From: Candidatus Iainarchaeum sp. | GTDB taxonomy: Archaea; Iainarchaeota; Iainarchaeia; Iainarchaeales; Iainarchaeaceae | Length of the DNA stretch: 64,000 bases | Reading direction: 5' to 3' | Assembly: GCA_043812975.1 (NCBI GenBank) | Contig: JBDRLP010000027.1 | Coordinates: 52,111-116,110, forward strand | Part shown: piece by piece, positions 53,419 through 63,516 of the stretch | How the letters are laid out: each line of letters opens with the position of its first letter | How positions within the stretch are numbered: position 1 is the first letter of the stretch | Notes under the pieces: model-generated | The model's database searches: none | What the model was told of the DNA's origin: nothing | Seen by the model: only the letters and a program-made list of their open reading frames with translations | Made by a program: the position numbers and the translations under genes

Positions 53419-53508
53419 GGGGGCATTTAAACACGCTTTGAGCCGTTCTCTTTTATAAATATATTATATACTACACTATATATTAACAGTTAAAGTTGGG
53501 GGATTTTT

Positions 53509-53856
53509 TTGGGGAAAATACTTTTAGCAGTTCTTGGAATAGGAAAAGGTACTTGGGGTCACGTAGCTAGGCTTATTTCAGAAGAAGAATGGGATAAAAT
53601 TCTTCTGATTTCTAATGAGTGGGGTAAAGAAAATTTTGCTCCTGCAAAAGAATGCGAATGGATTATTGTTAATAACAGAGCAGGCTTTGAAATAATCAAA
53701 GACGAAATAAAAAACAATCTTCCTGATAGCGAGTTAGCAGTTTCACTTATCAGCGGTTCAGGAAAAGAACACATGGCTATTCTTGTTGCTTTGAAAGCAA
53801 AAAAATCAAAGTACGAAATAGTAATCCTTACTGGCGAAGGAACAAAATATTATTAA
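53509..53856 (+). CDS. Small Rossmann-like hypothetical protein
   Basis: ILLAVLGIGKGTWG beta-alpha-beta start; no family assignment. Confidence 0.3.
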   Translation: MGKILLAVLGIGKGTWGHVARLISEEEWDKILLISNEWGKENFAPAKECEWIIVNNRAGFEIIKDEIKNNLPDSELAVSLISGSGKEHMAILVALKAKKSKYEIVILTGEGTKYY

Positions 53857-53959
53857 TCGCACTTTTTCTTTTCTCTTTCCAAGAGAAAATAAAACCTGCA
53901 CTAAAAGAAAAGAGAATAGCTTCGCATACTAATTTATTCTTCTCTTTCCTATTCTTTTA

Positions 53960-54328
53960 ATGCTTGATTTAATTTTTTTACTGGTTTTAGTTGTTGCAAT
54001 TATTTTATTTCTTCTAGTTCTGTTTTTACTTTCCAGATTAAGTTCTTTAGGACAACAATTGAGTGAATTAAAGTTTTCCAAATCATCCCAGTCAGTTAAA
54101 TATGGTAAAATGACAGAACAGTTTATTCCTTTTACAAAAGATTTTCCATTTAACCCAGAGGACTTCAGGTTCCTTGGCAATCCTATTGACGGTGTTGTTT
54201 TTGAGGAAGATAAAGTTGTTTTTGCAGAATTCAAAACAGCTTCTTCTCAGCTTTCACAAAAACAAAGAAACATTCGTGATTTAATTAAGTCAAAAAAAGT
54301 TGAATGGTTTGAATATAAATTAAAGTGA
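53960..54328 (+). CDS. Membrane-anchored PD-(D/E)xK nuclease-fold protein (Hjc/NucS-like core)
   Basis: N-terminal TM helix followed by ...GNPIDGVVFEEDKVVFAEFKT (D...E.K motif). Confidence 0.45.
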   Translation: MLDLIFLLVLVVAIILFLLVLFLLSRLSSLGQQLSELKFSKSSQSVKYGKMTEQFIPFTKDFPFNPEDFRFLGNPIDGVVFEEDKVVFAEFKTASSQLSQKQRNIRDLIKSKKVEWFEYKLK

Positions 54329-54329
54329 A

Positions 54330-54713
54330 TTATTTTCTCTTAAACTTTTTGAGTCCTTTGTAAAACTTTTCTTCATCAACCACCTGTTTCAGAGTTTTAC
54401 TTTCAATTGTTTGTTTTACAATAGAATTAACAAATCCAAGAATAAGAATTAATCCCGCGAACACATAAACTATTGTAAAAATCTTTCCAATATCAGTTTT
54501 TGGTGCCAAATCACCATAACCAACAGTAGTCAGAGTTATTACTGTAAAGTACAAAGAATCCAATAAGTTCCAATGTTCTATATAACTGTAAAAAATAGTG
54601 CCAATTCCAAGTGTTACTCCTAATAGAAGGATAAGTGCTTCTGTTTCAGCATCCCTAAAACCGCGCCAGATGGCTCTAATAAAAAACAGTGCTTTTTGGA
54701 TATATGCTTTCAT
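54330..54713 (-). CDS. Two-TM potassium channel (KcsA-like pore)
   Basis: TTVGYGD selectivity filter between two TM helices. Confidence 0.8.
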   Translation of the reverse strand: MKAYIQKALFFIRAIWRGFRDAETEALILLLGVTLGIGTIFYSYIEHWNLLDSLYFTVITLTTVGYGDLAPKTDIGKIFTIVYVFAGLILILGFVNSIVKQTIESKTLKQVVDEEKFYKGLKKFKRK

Positions 54714-54760
54714 TTTGAACGTTTAGAGTAAGCATTTTGTCAGATTTAAAGGTTACTCTA

Positions 54761-55801
54761 TTATTTCCACCCTGATTTATACCTGAGAACTGCGGCGATT
54801 CCGCCAAAACCAAGTATTTTTTCTCCGGATTCATTTTTACCTGAAATAAAAATTATTTTTCCCTGCAATTGTTCTGCTTTATCCAGTATTTGTTCTGTTT
54901 CTTCTCTTTTTTCAGAAAGCATTTTTTCATGAACCACTAGTTCATCAACTGCACCGGAATCCATTGCTTTTTTTACTTCATCAAAACCAATTGCACTTAA
55001 CCCGTCAGAAAGTCCTGCAAGAATTTTTTCCATTGCTTTTGTTTCTTCTGCAGCATGGAATCCTTCAATGAGTTTGTCAATTTTTCCGCTTTTTATGAGT
55101 TCATTTAACCCTGTTAGCCCTACTGAATTTGTTGATTCGAAGATTGGTTTTAACTTAGAATTTTTTTCATTTAAGAATTTTTCAAAATTCTGTTTCTCAA
55201 AACCAGGGCCTGCTATAACAATTTTTTTAGGTTCAAGTTCAGTTAGTTTTTTTAAGAGTTCCTCGAAGTAAGGGTTTCCTTTTTCAGTATTCTCAAATCT
55301 TTTGCCGCTTTTTTTTCCAAGAATTTTTGCTTTCTTATCTAATCCGGAATCTTTCAGAAAAGCAAGTTCGGCTTCCTCATCATCCATAACCACTAATAAC
55401 AAATTTTCTCTTCCAGATGCTTTTTTAGCCCGTTCAAGTCTATCAAGGTGGTATTTTTTCAATGCTTTTTTTGTAACCCTTACCTTTTCTCCAACCTCAG
55501 CTTCAATTGTATGGTGGCTTTTCAATTCTACTAGTTCCTCTGGTTTTGCTGAAACAACAATTCCCTGAATCCTGAGCTGGTTTGTTGCTTCATGGAATTC
55601 TGCTTTTTCAACTTCCAGTTCTACAAAAATTTTCTGTTTGAAAGCCTTTTCTCCTTCATTTTTTGGCTTGATTTTTCTTTCAGACTCGCCGCTAACCAAA
55701 TCACCTTTCTCTATGAGTTTTTCTATATGCCAGAGATCATCAAATGAATCCGGAATGGCTTCAAAATAATTGTTTTTCCGGTCAACTTTGAGTATTTTCA
55801 T
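54761..55801 (-). CDS. pelA: Pelota (Dom34 homolog), ribosome rescue
   Basis: MKILKVDRKNNYFEAIPDSFDDLWHIEKLIEKGD... and eRF1-like domains 2 and 3. Confidence 0.85.
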   Translation of the reverse strand: MKILKVDRKNNYFEAIPDSFDDLWHIEKLIEKGDLVSGESERKIKPKNEGEKAFKQKIFVELEVEKAEFHEATNQLRIQGIVVSAKPEELVELKSHHTIEAEVGEKVRVTKKALKKYHLDRLERAKKASGRENLLLVVMDDEEAELAFLKDSGLDKKAKILGKKSGKRFENTEKGNPYFEELLKKLTELEPKKIVIAGPGFEKQNFEKFLNEKNSKLKPIFESTNSVGLTGLNELIKSGKIDKLIEGFHAAEETKAMEKILAGLSDGLSAIGFDEVKKAMDSGAVDELVVHEKMLSEKREETEQILDKAEQLQGKIIFISGKNESGEKILGFGGIAAVLRYKSGWK

Positions 55802-55886
55802 GATAAATCATGTGGCTGTAAACAGTTAAAAAACCTTAGAACTGAAATCTTAGAATGACCCGAGTAGCAGTATTGGAACCACAGTT

Positions 55887-55955
55887 GCGGCTGTGGACGC
55901 CCTTCGGGCGGCGTACTATCTTTGCCTTTAGAAGGCTCGATAGTACTTACGAGAG
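55887..55955 (+). repeat. GC-rich two-hairpin structured element, family copy C
   Basis: cgcc-cttcg-ggcg hairpin, 8-bp stem GUACUAUC/GAUAGUAC enclosing UUUG-gccuu-uag-aaggc-UC, tail ttacgagag. Confidence 0.5.
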
Positions 55956-55963
55956 ATGAGTGT

Positions 55964-57742
55964 ATGACTAGAGTAGCTGTGCTGGAAAAGGACCGTTGTA
56001 TCAACAAAGAAGGCTGTAATTTCATTTGCGGAAAGGTTTGTCCAGTGAATAGAGCAGGCAAGGAATGCATTTCTTTGGAGAAGGAAACAAATAAACCAGT
56101 AATAAATGAAAACCTCTGCATAGGCTGCAATATTTGCGTTCAGAAATGTCCTGTTGATTGCATTTACATTGAAAACCTTGTACAGGAACTGAATGAAGAA
56201 CCGGTTCAGAGGTTTGGTGAAAACGAGTTTAGGGTTTACAGGTTGCCTCTGATTAGAGAAGGGGAAATAGTAGGTTTGATTGGAAGAAACGGAATCGGAA
56301 AAACCACTATTCTGAAAATTCTTTCAGGCCAGTTAATACCGAATTTAGGGGATTATGAAAATGAATCAAATTATGATAAAGTAATTGCTTTTTTTAGAGG
56401 AAGAGAATTGCAGGATTATTTTTCGTCATTAAAAGAAAAATTAATAAAAGTTTCTTTCAAACCCCAGAACATTAATGATATTCCAAAAAATTTTAAGGGA
56501 AATGTAAATGAGTTGCTGAAAAAAGTTGATGAAAGAAAAAAACTTGGAGAAATCACAAAAATACTCAATTTAGAAAAAATTTTGGATAGAGACTTAAAAA
56601 GTTTAAGCGGAGGAGAACTACAAAGAGTTGCTATTGCAGCAGCTGCTTTGAAAGATGCTGATTTTTATGCGTTTGATGAACCCACCTCTTATTTGGATGT
56701 TAAAGAAAGACTAAACATGGCTTCCTTGTTAAGGTCTCTGGCAAGTGAAAAGAAAACAGTTATTGTAATTGAACACGACTTAGCGGTTTTGGATTACTTG
56801 AGTGATTATGTGCATTTGCTTTATGGAAAAAAATCTGTTTATGGAATTGTTTCAAATTCCAAAAGCGTGAAAAACGGTATTAATGAATTTTTGGATGGTT
56901 TTGTAAAGGATGAAAATGTCAGGTTCAGAAAAGAAGAATTAAAATTTGAAGTTAAACCATCAACTGATTTTAAAATGAAAAATATTGCTGCTAAATACCC
57001 ATCTATGAAAAAATCTTTCAAGGATTTTTCTTTAGAAATCGAGGGCAGTGAATTCAGAGAAGCAGAAGTTCTTGGTATTATGGGTCCTAATGGAATCGGT
57101 AAAACAACTTTTGTAAAAATGCTTGCAGGAGTTGAAAAACCAGATGAAGGTTCTATTGATCTTTCTCTAAAAGTTTCTTACAAGCCTCAATACCTTGCTG
57201 CTGAACATGGAGTTACTGTTGCTGATTTTATTGCTTCTCAAAATATTGACAGGGCTATTTTCAAGCAGGAAGTTGACAGGCGTCTTTTCATCAGTGAGTT
57301 GGAAAACCATAAGTTAGAGGAACTTTCAGGAGGAGAACTTCAGAAGGTTGCTGTTGGAATGGCTTTATGCAGAAATGATGCTGAATTAGTGCTTTTAGAT
57401 GAACCAACGGCGTTTGTTGATATTGAAGACCGTCTCAATATGGCTGATACTATAAGATCTGTTACTGATTCAAAAAAGAAAGTTTGTTTGGTTGTTGACC
57501 ACGATATTTTGTTTCAGGATTATGTCAGCGACCGCTTAATGATTTTTGAAGGAGAATCCTCAGTAAGAGGTTTAGCAAGAAAGCCTTTCACAATGCATGA
57601 TGGGATGAATCATTTCCTCAAAGAAATGGGTCTCAGCCTAAGAAGGGAAATTTCGAATGGTAGGCCTAGAATAAACAAACCAGGTTCTCAATTGGATCAG
57701 GAACAGAGAGCTAAAGGAGAATATTATTACGCAAAAGGATAG
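55964..57742 (+). CDS. abcE1: ABCE1 (RNase L inhibitor/Rli1) ribosome recycling ATPase; the ORF track start at 55922 runs over the structured element
   Basis: N-terminal 4Fe-4S ferredoxin-like domain (CINKEGCNFICGKVCPV...CIGCNICVQKCPVDC), two ABC domains (GLIGRNGIGKTT, GIMGPNGIGKTT, LSGGELQ x2). Confidence 0.9.
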   Translation: MTRVAVLEKDRCINKEGCNFICGKVCPVNRAGKECISLEKETNKPVINENLCIGCNICVQKCPVDCIYIENLVQELNEEPVQRFGENEFRVYRLPLIREGEIVGLIGRNGIGKTTILKILSGQLIPNLGDYENESNYDKVIAFFRGRELQDYFSSLKEKLIKVSFKPQNINDIPKNFKGNVNELLKKVDERKKLGEITKILNLEKILDRDLKSLSGGELQRVAIAAAALKDADFYAFDEPTSYLDVKERLNMASLLRSLASEKKTVIVIEHDLAVLDYLSDYVHLLYGKKSVYGIVSNSKSVKNGINEFLDGFVKDENVRFRKEELKFEVKPSTDFKMKNIAAKYPSMKKSFKDFSLEIEGSEFREAEVLGIMGPNGIGKTTFVKMLAGVEKPDEGSIDLSLKVSYKPQYLAAEHGVTVADFIASQNIDRAIFKQEVDRRLFISELENHKLEELSGGELQKVAVGMALCRNDAELVLLDEPTAFVDIEDRLNMADTIRSVTDSKKKVCLVVDHDILFQDYVSDRLMIFEGESSVRGLARKPFTMHDGMNHFLKEMGLSLRREISNGRPRINKPGSQLDQEQRAKGEYYYAKG

Positions 57743-57751
57743 ATTTTACAA

Positions 57752-59251
57752 TTAGTAAAAATACCTGTACTCAACAGTGTATGTAACCTCTGCTTCTCCT
57801 TTTGCAGGAACATTCACATTGAATTCTATTTCGCTTGAACTCTTTTTATCATAAGGAAGCGAACTCTTTGTAACATTCCAGCTTGAACCAAGATACTCTT
57901 TAACCTTAACAGTTACTGCTTCATCTTTCTGGTTTTCCAGTTTAATTTTGTACTCATATCTGTAATATCCTTTGGTAATGTTTTCTGAATTGGTTTGTGT
58001 TCTTTCTCCTGTAACATCAAATGCATTTCCTAAAAATAATTCTATTTCATCTTCTGTTTTTGTATGGTCTATTTCATCTTCTCCAACAAATTGTAATTGT
58101 CCGTCAGAATCTTTTTTGTAAACCCTTACAATTCCTTTTGGTAAAGGCATTCCAAGTCCTTGTGATTCTGAATTTTTAAATCTAAGTTTTACCTGAACTT
58201 TATTTCCGTTGCTTTGACCATCATAAACAAATTCTTTTTGTGACGGAACATTGTTTGAGGATAATAGTGAAATTTGTTTGGTTTCATTATTGTTAATTGT
58301 GGTTTTTCTATCCAGAGTGTATAAATGGTATTCGAATAATGATTCTTCTCCGAATTGCTGAGGAACCGCAGCTCCAGATTCCATAGCATAATCAAACACT
58401 TCTCTGTATTTAGGGCTTTCCTGTACTCTATGAACATCTCCTGCAACAAGTTTTAGTTTAGTATCAGGATAACCTGTTCCTGATTTATTTGTTATTGTTG
58501 TCCAACCAGTAAAGTCTAATGCAGTATCATTATCATTAACTGTTGCAATATAATCAGCCCTCCAATCTAATCCTGTTGTCAAGTAAACCGTTTGCGTTTC
58601 CCTGTTTCCGGCTTGTTCTGCATAAATTTTCCACACAAGAGTAGGTTTTGTAAGCAAACCACCTGGAAGTTCTGTAAATTCTATTTTGTTGTTGTTTGAA
58701 AGTGCAATTATTTTTCCTCCAGAATCCAGTACAACTCCGTCATTAAAACTCAGAAGTATTCCAGTGTATTCCCTAACTTCATTTCCTTCAATAACCTGAA
58801 CAGTAATTTCTTTATCTAAGTATTTTTCCAGAATTTTATTTTTGCTCACAAGATCATATTCATAATTTTGTTCAACAACAAACGAACTTGGAAAACTCAA
58901 ATCCTGAAAGAAAACACTTGTAGCATCTATGCCTGATGCAATATCCTTAAACTGAACTAAATTAATTCCCTGCTCCAAAAACATTTCCCTGACATCTTTT
59001 ACTAAAGCAAAATTCTGGTTGTAAACAGTTATTTCGCTGGAACCTTTTTCCCCAATATCTCTGGCGGGTCCTTCAAATAATGCTGTTTCTGGTTTTCCAA
59101 CAGCAACTTTGTATGAAACTTCATTAATATTAAAATTTGGTTTTGCTTTTACAGTTATTTGCTCATTTCCGATTATGCTGTTTAATCCAATCAAACCAAT
59201 GATCAATATTACTGTTATTCCTAATACCATTTTTTTATCCATTTTTTTCAC
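57752..59251 (-). CDS. Secreted/membrane-anchored large beta-rich surface protein, hypothetical
   Basis: N-terminal signal/anchor; no family assignment. Confidence 0.4.
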   Translation of the reverse strand: MKKMDKKMVLGITVILIIGLIGLNSIIGNEQITVKAKPNFNINEVSYKVAVGKPETALFEGPARDIGEKGSSEITVYNQNFALVKDVREMFLEQGINLVQFKDIASGIDATSVFFQDLSFPSSFVVEQNYEYDLVSKNKILEKYLDKEITVQVIEGNEVREYTGILLSFNDGVVLDSGGKIIALSNNNKIEFTELPGGLLTKPTLVWKIYAEQAGNRETQTVYLTTGLDWRADYIATVNDNDTALDFTGWTTITNKSGTGYPDTKLKLVAGDVHRVQESPKYREVFDYAMESGAAVPQQFGEESLFEYHLYTLDRKTTINNNETKQISLLSSNNVPSQKEFVYDGQSNGNKVQVKLRFKNSESQGLGMPLPKGIVRVYKKDSDGQLQFVGEDEIDHTKTEDEIELFLGNAFDVTGERTQTNSENITKGYYRYEYKIKLENQKDEAVTVKVKEYLGSSWNVTKSSLPYDKKSSSEIEFNVNVPAKGEAEVTYTVEYRYFY

Positions 59252-59307
59252 CTGATTAACTTACTCATTCCAGATTTAAACCTTTTTCTTTTTACTTAGT
59301 AATTTCC

Positions 59308-59538
59308 CTAATTTTCCTCAGCAAGCTGTGAAAGCCATAAAGTAACAAGCACAGCCACTATTGTAACAATAATCGCGTATACTGCCATTGGAAGTAAAGT
59401 ATTTGGTTTCCCAAAAAATTCTATAAAAAGAGCCTGAATTGCGTCATTCCATGCTAATGCTGCTACAAACCCAAAAGCAGCAGTAACCAGGGTCACAAGC
59501 CTTTGAAATATTCTTTTTTTCTTTGGAACTATTCGCAT
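59308..59538 (-). CDS. Small two-TM membrane protein
   Basis: Hydrophobic helices. Confidence 0.35.
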   Translation of the reverse strand: MRIVPKKKRIFQRLVTLVTAAFGFVAALAWNDAIQALFIEFFGKPNTLLPMAVYAIIVTIVAVLVTLWLSQLAEEN

Positions 59539-59617
59539 TATTTCATTAGGAATTGGTGTATTTATTGTTTTTGGTTTTGCTGTTTCATTCTTAAACTTTT
59601 CAATGTGCTGCTTTATT

Positions 59618-61036
59618 ATGTGTTCAATTATCGGAATGTATTCAAAGCAGAAAAAAGACGTTTCTGGTTATTTGCATACTTTAATGGATTCATTAAAGCA
59701 CAGGGGGCCTGAAGCATTCGGAATTAAAACTCCAAAAGAAGAATCAAAATCCAAATCATTTAAACAATTAAAACTTCCAAAAAGTTCTGTGGGCCTTGGA
59801 CATTGTTTGCTTTCCACTACTGGTTATGGTATACAACCGCTTTCAAAAGGAAATGTTTCAGTTTCTCATAATGGTCAGATTTACAATTACAAAAAACTTG
59901 TAAAGGAAAAAAAATTAGTTTCTGATTCTGAATCTATTGTTCATTTTTTTGCAAACGAACTAAAAAAAAGTTCTTTTGAAAATGCGTTAAAAAAATTCAT
60001 GAAAAAAGCAGAAGGAGAATATTCTGTTGGTTTGCTTCACAGAAATTCATTGTATGCTTTCCGAGACCCAATAGGGCTGAAACCATTGTGGTTTGGTTCT
60101 AATGATTTTGTTTTTGCTTTTGCTTCAGAGCCAAGTGCTTTAATGAAAATCGATATTCAGTTTCCACAGCCAGTACTTCCGGGTTATATGTTAAAAATAA
60201 CAAAAAATGGGTTTGAAACAAAACCAATTTTTACTATTGAAAACTTCAAAAAAATGATTCCAAAAAAACATTCAACAAAAAACCTAAAATTTGCTTTTGA
60301 TGAAACAATTGAATTACAAACACAAGGGTTGCAGAAAGCAGCGGTCCTTTTTAGCGGAGGCGTTGATTCTTCCTTAATTGCAAAGGCTGTTGCTGAAAAA
60401 GTTCCTGATACAAAGCTTTTTGTTTGCGGAACTAAAAACAGCCAGGATATGGTTGCTGCTAAAGAAGTTGCTAAAGAATTAAGATTGGAATTAGAATCAA
60501 TTGAACTTTCCGAGGAGAAAATAAAAAAACTCATGTTTCGTTCAATGAAAATTATTTCTTTTTTTGATGAAATGCAATTAGGGATTGCTGTTCCCGAACT
60601 TGCTTGTGCAAAAGAAATATCAAAACAGGGTTATAAAGTTGTTTTTTCAGGCCAAGGAAGTGATGAGATTTTTTGCGGTTATTCCAATTATGCCAGAATC
60701 CTCAAGGAAAAAGGGTATATTGCGGTTGAGAAAGAAATCTGGTTTTCTCTTTCAAGAATGTGGTCAAGGAATTTTTACAGAGATGATGTAATAATTGCTA
60801 GTGAATCCCTTGAATTAAGGGTTCCGTTAGTTTCAATGCAGTTTTTGAAAGAAGCAATGGCTGTTCCTGCAAAAGAAAAAATCCATTCTGTAAATGACAA
60901 ACTCAGAAAATGGCCTGTTAGGGAAATCGCAAAACTTTATGGTATTTCTGATTTTGTTGCTTTAAAACCCAAGAAAGCTTTACAGTACGGTTCTGGTTCT
61001 CAAAAAATTGTTTCAAAAATATTAAAAGGGAATTAA
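59618..61036 (+). CDS. Asparagine synthase (glutamine-hydrolysing) family amidotransferase
   Basis: N-terminal Ntn Cys (MCSIIG), PP-loop SGGVDSS in the C-terminal synthetase domain. Confidence 0.75.
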   Translation: MCSIIGMYSKQKKDVSGYLHTLMDSLKHRGPEAFGIKTPKEESKSKSFKQLKLPKSSVGLGHCLLSTTGYGIQPLSKGNVSVSHNGQIYNYKKLVKEKKLVSDSESIVHFFANELKKSSFENALKKFMKKAEGEYSVGLLHRNSLYAFRDPIGLKPLWFGSNDFVFAFASEPSALMKIDIQFPQPVLPGYMLKITKNGFETKPIFTIENFKKMIPKKHSTKNLKFAFDETIELQTQGLQKAAVLFSGGVDSSLIAKAVAEKVPDTKLFVCGTKNSQDMVAAKEVAKELRLELESIELSEEKIKKLMFRSMKIISFFDEMQLGIAVPELACAKEISKQGYKVVFSGQGSDEIFCGYSNYARILKEKGYIAVEKEIWFSLSRMWSRNFYRDDVIIASESLELRVPLVSMQFLKEAMAVPAKEKIHSVNDKLRKWPVREIAKLYGISDFVALKPKKALQYGSGSQKIVSKILKGN

Positions 61037-61549
61037 TCAGGATTCTTCAATTATTAATGAAACCCTATCTACTACTTTGCAAGTATCAGGCAGCCCAGGT
61101 ACTACTTCCCCTTGCTTATAAAATGCCACTGTTCTTGTTTCTATAATATCGGTTCCATCCAAAGAAACAGAACATTCAAGAACTCCTGTAACAAGAACTT
61201 GCCTGATAGCAGGCACAGTAATTACCGGGCCTGTCGTAAATATACAGTCAACAGAGGATTTTGAATTAAAATTAGTTATTATTGCTTGTAAATAATTTCT
61301 TATGTTATCTGCATTAAACTGATCACAACTCGGTGCACTTAAATAATCAAAATAATTTTTGGATGTTGCTTTATCAAGAATCCAGATTAAGTTATTTGCT
61401 TTTACATTAACCTCCCTTGCAGCTTCCATTTTTATGAAAGCGTCATTGTTACTTGTAATGTTTAATGATGCGTTTGCAACAAAAATTAGTAATGCGATTG
61501 CTCCAACCGCAACCCATGCTGAAATAAATCCTTTCATGTTGCTCTGCAT
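61037..61549 (-). CDS. Pilin-like protein with class III signal peptide (minor pilin 4)
   Basis: MQSNMKG/FISAWVAVGAIALLIF N-terminus. Confidence 0.55.
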   Translation of the reverse strand: MQSNMKGFISAWVAVGAIALLIFVANASLNITSNNDAFIKMEAAREVNVKANNLIWILDKATSKNYFDYLSAPSCDQFNADNIRNYLQAIITNFNSKSSVDCIFTTGPVITVPAIRQVLVTGVLECSVSLDGTDIIETRTVAFYKQGEVVPGLPDTCKVVDRVSLIIEES

Positions 61550-61830
61550 TCTTTCACCTTGCTTTTAACAGTTGGAGTAGTTCCACTAAACTCAAATAAT
61601 TCTTTGCAGTTTACTGTTGGTCCTGCATTTTCATTATTAGATGTGCTGAGAGTTTCATTAGTATAAAAAACAATTAATGCATTATCTGTTGCTTTTGCAC
61701 TCAACAGAACTTGTGGCGCTTCTCCGTTTGAAGCAAGATTAGAAATCGCCAATCCTGAAAAAAGAGCTATGATTACAACCATTGCCAGAATTGCATCTGT
61801 ACTGAATATTACTCCTTTCATGTCAACCAC
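61534..61830 (-). CDS. Pilin-like protein with class III signal peptide (minor pilin 3)
   Basis: MVDMKG/VIFSTDAILAMVVIIALF N-terminus; overlaps the neighbouring genes. Confidence 0.55.
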   Translation of the reverse strand: MVDMKGVIFSTDAILAMVVIIALFSGLAISNLASNGEAPQVLLSAKATDNALIVFYTNETLSTSNNENAGPTVNCKELFEFSGTTPTVKSKVKECRAT

Positions 61831-62384
61831 ACCTTTATTGTTAATTCATTTACTGTTGGACTGTAAGGGCAACTACCCATTCCACTAATACAATTATCAA
61901 ATCCTGCTTTTTCAATATTATCTCCGCTTAAAAATTTTCTTTTAATAACCAGAACATTTTCAGTATTTTCCAGAGCGTCAGTTTGGCATGCACTTGTCAT
62001 TTTTCGCGGCAATGTAGAAGGATTACTTTCATCAACAAGAGTTACGTAACAACCAATGTTGTCTGGTATCATTAATTCTGCCTTTGTAGTATCTTCAAAA
62101 AGATTTAATGGGTCATTTGGATTAACACAACCCAATAATTCATAACCCTGATCACTAAACTTTACAGTTCCAGCATTACTTGGATCACAACTATTTTCTC
62201 CAATGTAATTGTTTCCTGCATTAATTGCTATTGCAGTTAATTCATTTCTCAATCTTGCTTCTTTGATTTCATAAGAGCTTAATTCATAAACATTCAGAAG
62301 CATTCCTATTGCTAATACTGCTAATGTCATTGCTATTAGGAAATCAAGCGAAAATATTTGTCCTTTTGTTTTTTGTTTTTCCAT
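61818..62384 (-). CDS. Pilin-like protein with class III signal peptide (minor pilin 2); the ORF opens at 62420
   Basis: MEKQKTKGQ/IFSLDFLIAMTLAV: KGQ-type prepilin cleavage motif. Confidence 0.6.
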   Translation of the reverse strand: MEKQKTKGQIFSLDFLIAMTLAVLAIGMLLNVYELSSYEIKEARLRNELTAIAINAGNNYIGENSCDPSNAGTVKFSDQGYELLGCVNPNDPLNLFEDTTKAELMIPDNIGCYVTLVDESNPSTLPRKMTSACQTDALENTENVLVIKRKFLSGDNIEKAGFDNCISGMGSCPYSPTVNELTIKVWLT

Positions 62385-62386
62385 TA

Positions 62387-62770
62387 TCATACCTTCGTAA
62401 TCGTTATTATATCTCCACATTTGATTCCTGGATTTGGAGTAAATGTAACCCCAATTAAATCAAGTCCGGTATAACTGCTTTCTATTCCTGAATCAGGATT
62501 CCGAATAGTAATGCTTCCATTTGCTGAAGTATCAATTACCACTTCACAATCAATCGGACTTGGAATAGTATACTGCACCTTAACACCATAAGCCTTTACT
62601 GCGCCTATTGTGCTGTAAACATCCAGTCGTATCGAATCTAGTGCATTTTGAGTTTCTGATTCCTGGATTGTTGCATTGAATCCTTCCATGTAATTCTGCA
62701 TTAAAATCAGGAACAAAACCATCGCAAATATGGCTAGCAGAAGATCTATACTTAATTGTCCTTTTTTCAT
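62387..62770 (-). CDS. Pilin-like protein with class III signal peptide (minor pilin 1)
   Basis: MKKGQ/LSIDLLLAIFAMVLF: KGQ-type prepilin motif. Confidence 0.6.
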   Translation of the reverse strand: MKKGQLSIDLLLAIFAMVLFLILMQNYMEGFNATIQESETQNALDSIRLDVYSTIGAVKAYGVKVQYTIPSPIDCEVVIDTSANGSITIRNPDSGIESSYTGLDLIGVTFTPNPGIKCGDIITITKV

Positions 62771-62817
62771 TGTTATTGAATATACATTCTTTTTATATAA
62801 AATTAGCGTCAGACTGT

Positions 62818-63516
62818 TTATTCTAAGTAATAATGATTTACTGCGTTTAGATTTTCATCCAGCTCATAAACAAGAGGTTTACCAGTGGGTATTTCAAGAG
62901 ACGGTATTTCAGCATCACTAACATTATCTAAATGCTTCACAAGTGCCCTTAAACTATTCCCATGAGCTGAAATAAGAATTTTCTTTTTTTGTCTTAGTTG
63001 AGGAACAATTTCACTTTCCCAATAAGGAAGAACCCTTTCAATGGTGTCCTTGAGGCTTTCGCCTAAGGGTCTTTGATCATCACTTAATTCAGAATAAATT
63101 TCATCATAACTTGGGTTGTTTTTATCATTTTTTTCAAAAAGAGGAGGTTTTGTGTCAAAGCTTCTTCTCCAGATCTGTACTTGTTTTTCACCATGTTTTT
63201 TTCTCATCTCGTCTTTATTCAATCCAATCAATGCACCGTAGTGTCTTTCATTAAGTCTCCAGCTTTTTTTAATCGGAACATCCAAACCCATTTCTTTCAA
63301 ACATAAATCTGTTGTTTTTGTTGCTCTTTTTAAGTAAGAAGTGTAAACAAGGTCAAAAGAATATCCTTTTTCTTTCAATATTTTTCCTGCATTAATACAT
63401 TCTTGTATTCCTTTTTCAGAAAGATCAACATCTTTCCACCCGGTAAATCTGTTTTCCAGATTCCACTGGCTCTGTCCGTGTCTTAGTAAAACAAGTTTTA
63501 TTGTTTTTGTCATCAA
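62818..63516 (-). CDS. gpmA: 2,3-bisphosphoglycerate-dependent phosphoglycerate mutase
   Basis: LVLLRHGQSQWNLENRFTGW histidine-phosphatase signature. Confidence 0.85.
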   Translation of the reverse strand: MMTKTIKLVLLRHGQSQWNLENRFTGWKDVDLSEKGIQECINAGKILKEKGYSFDLVYTSYLKRATKTTDLCLKEMGLDVPIKKSWRLNERHYGALIGLNKDEMRKKHGEKQVQIWRRSFDTKPPLFEKNDKNNPSYDEIYSELSDDQRPLGESLKDTIERVLPYWESEIVPQLRQKKKILISAHGNSLRALVKHLDNVSDAEIPSLEIPTGKPLVYELDENLNAVNHYYLE

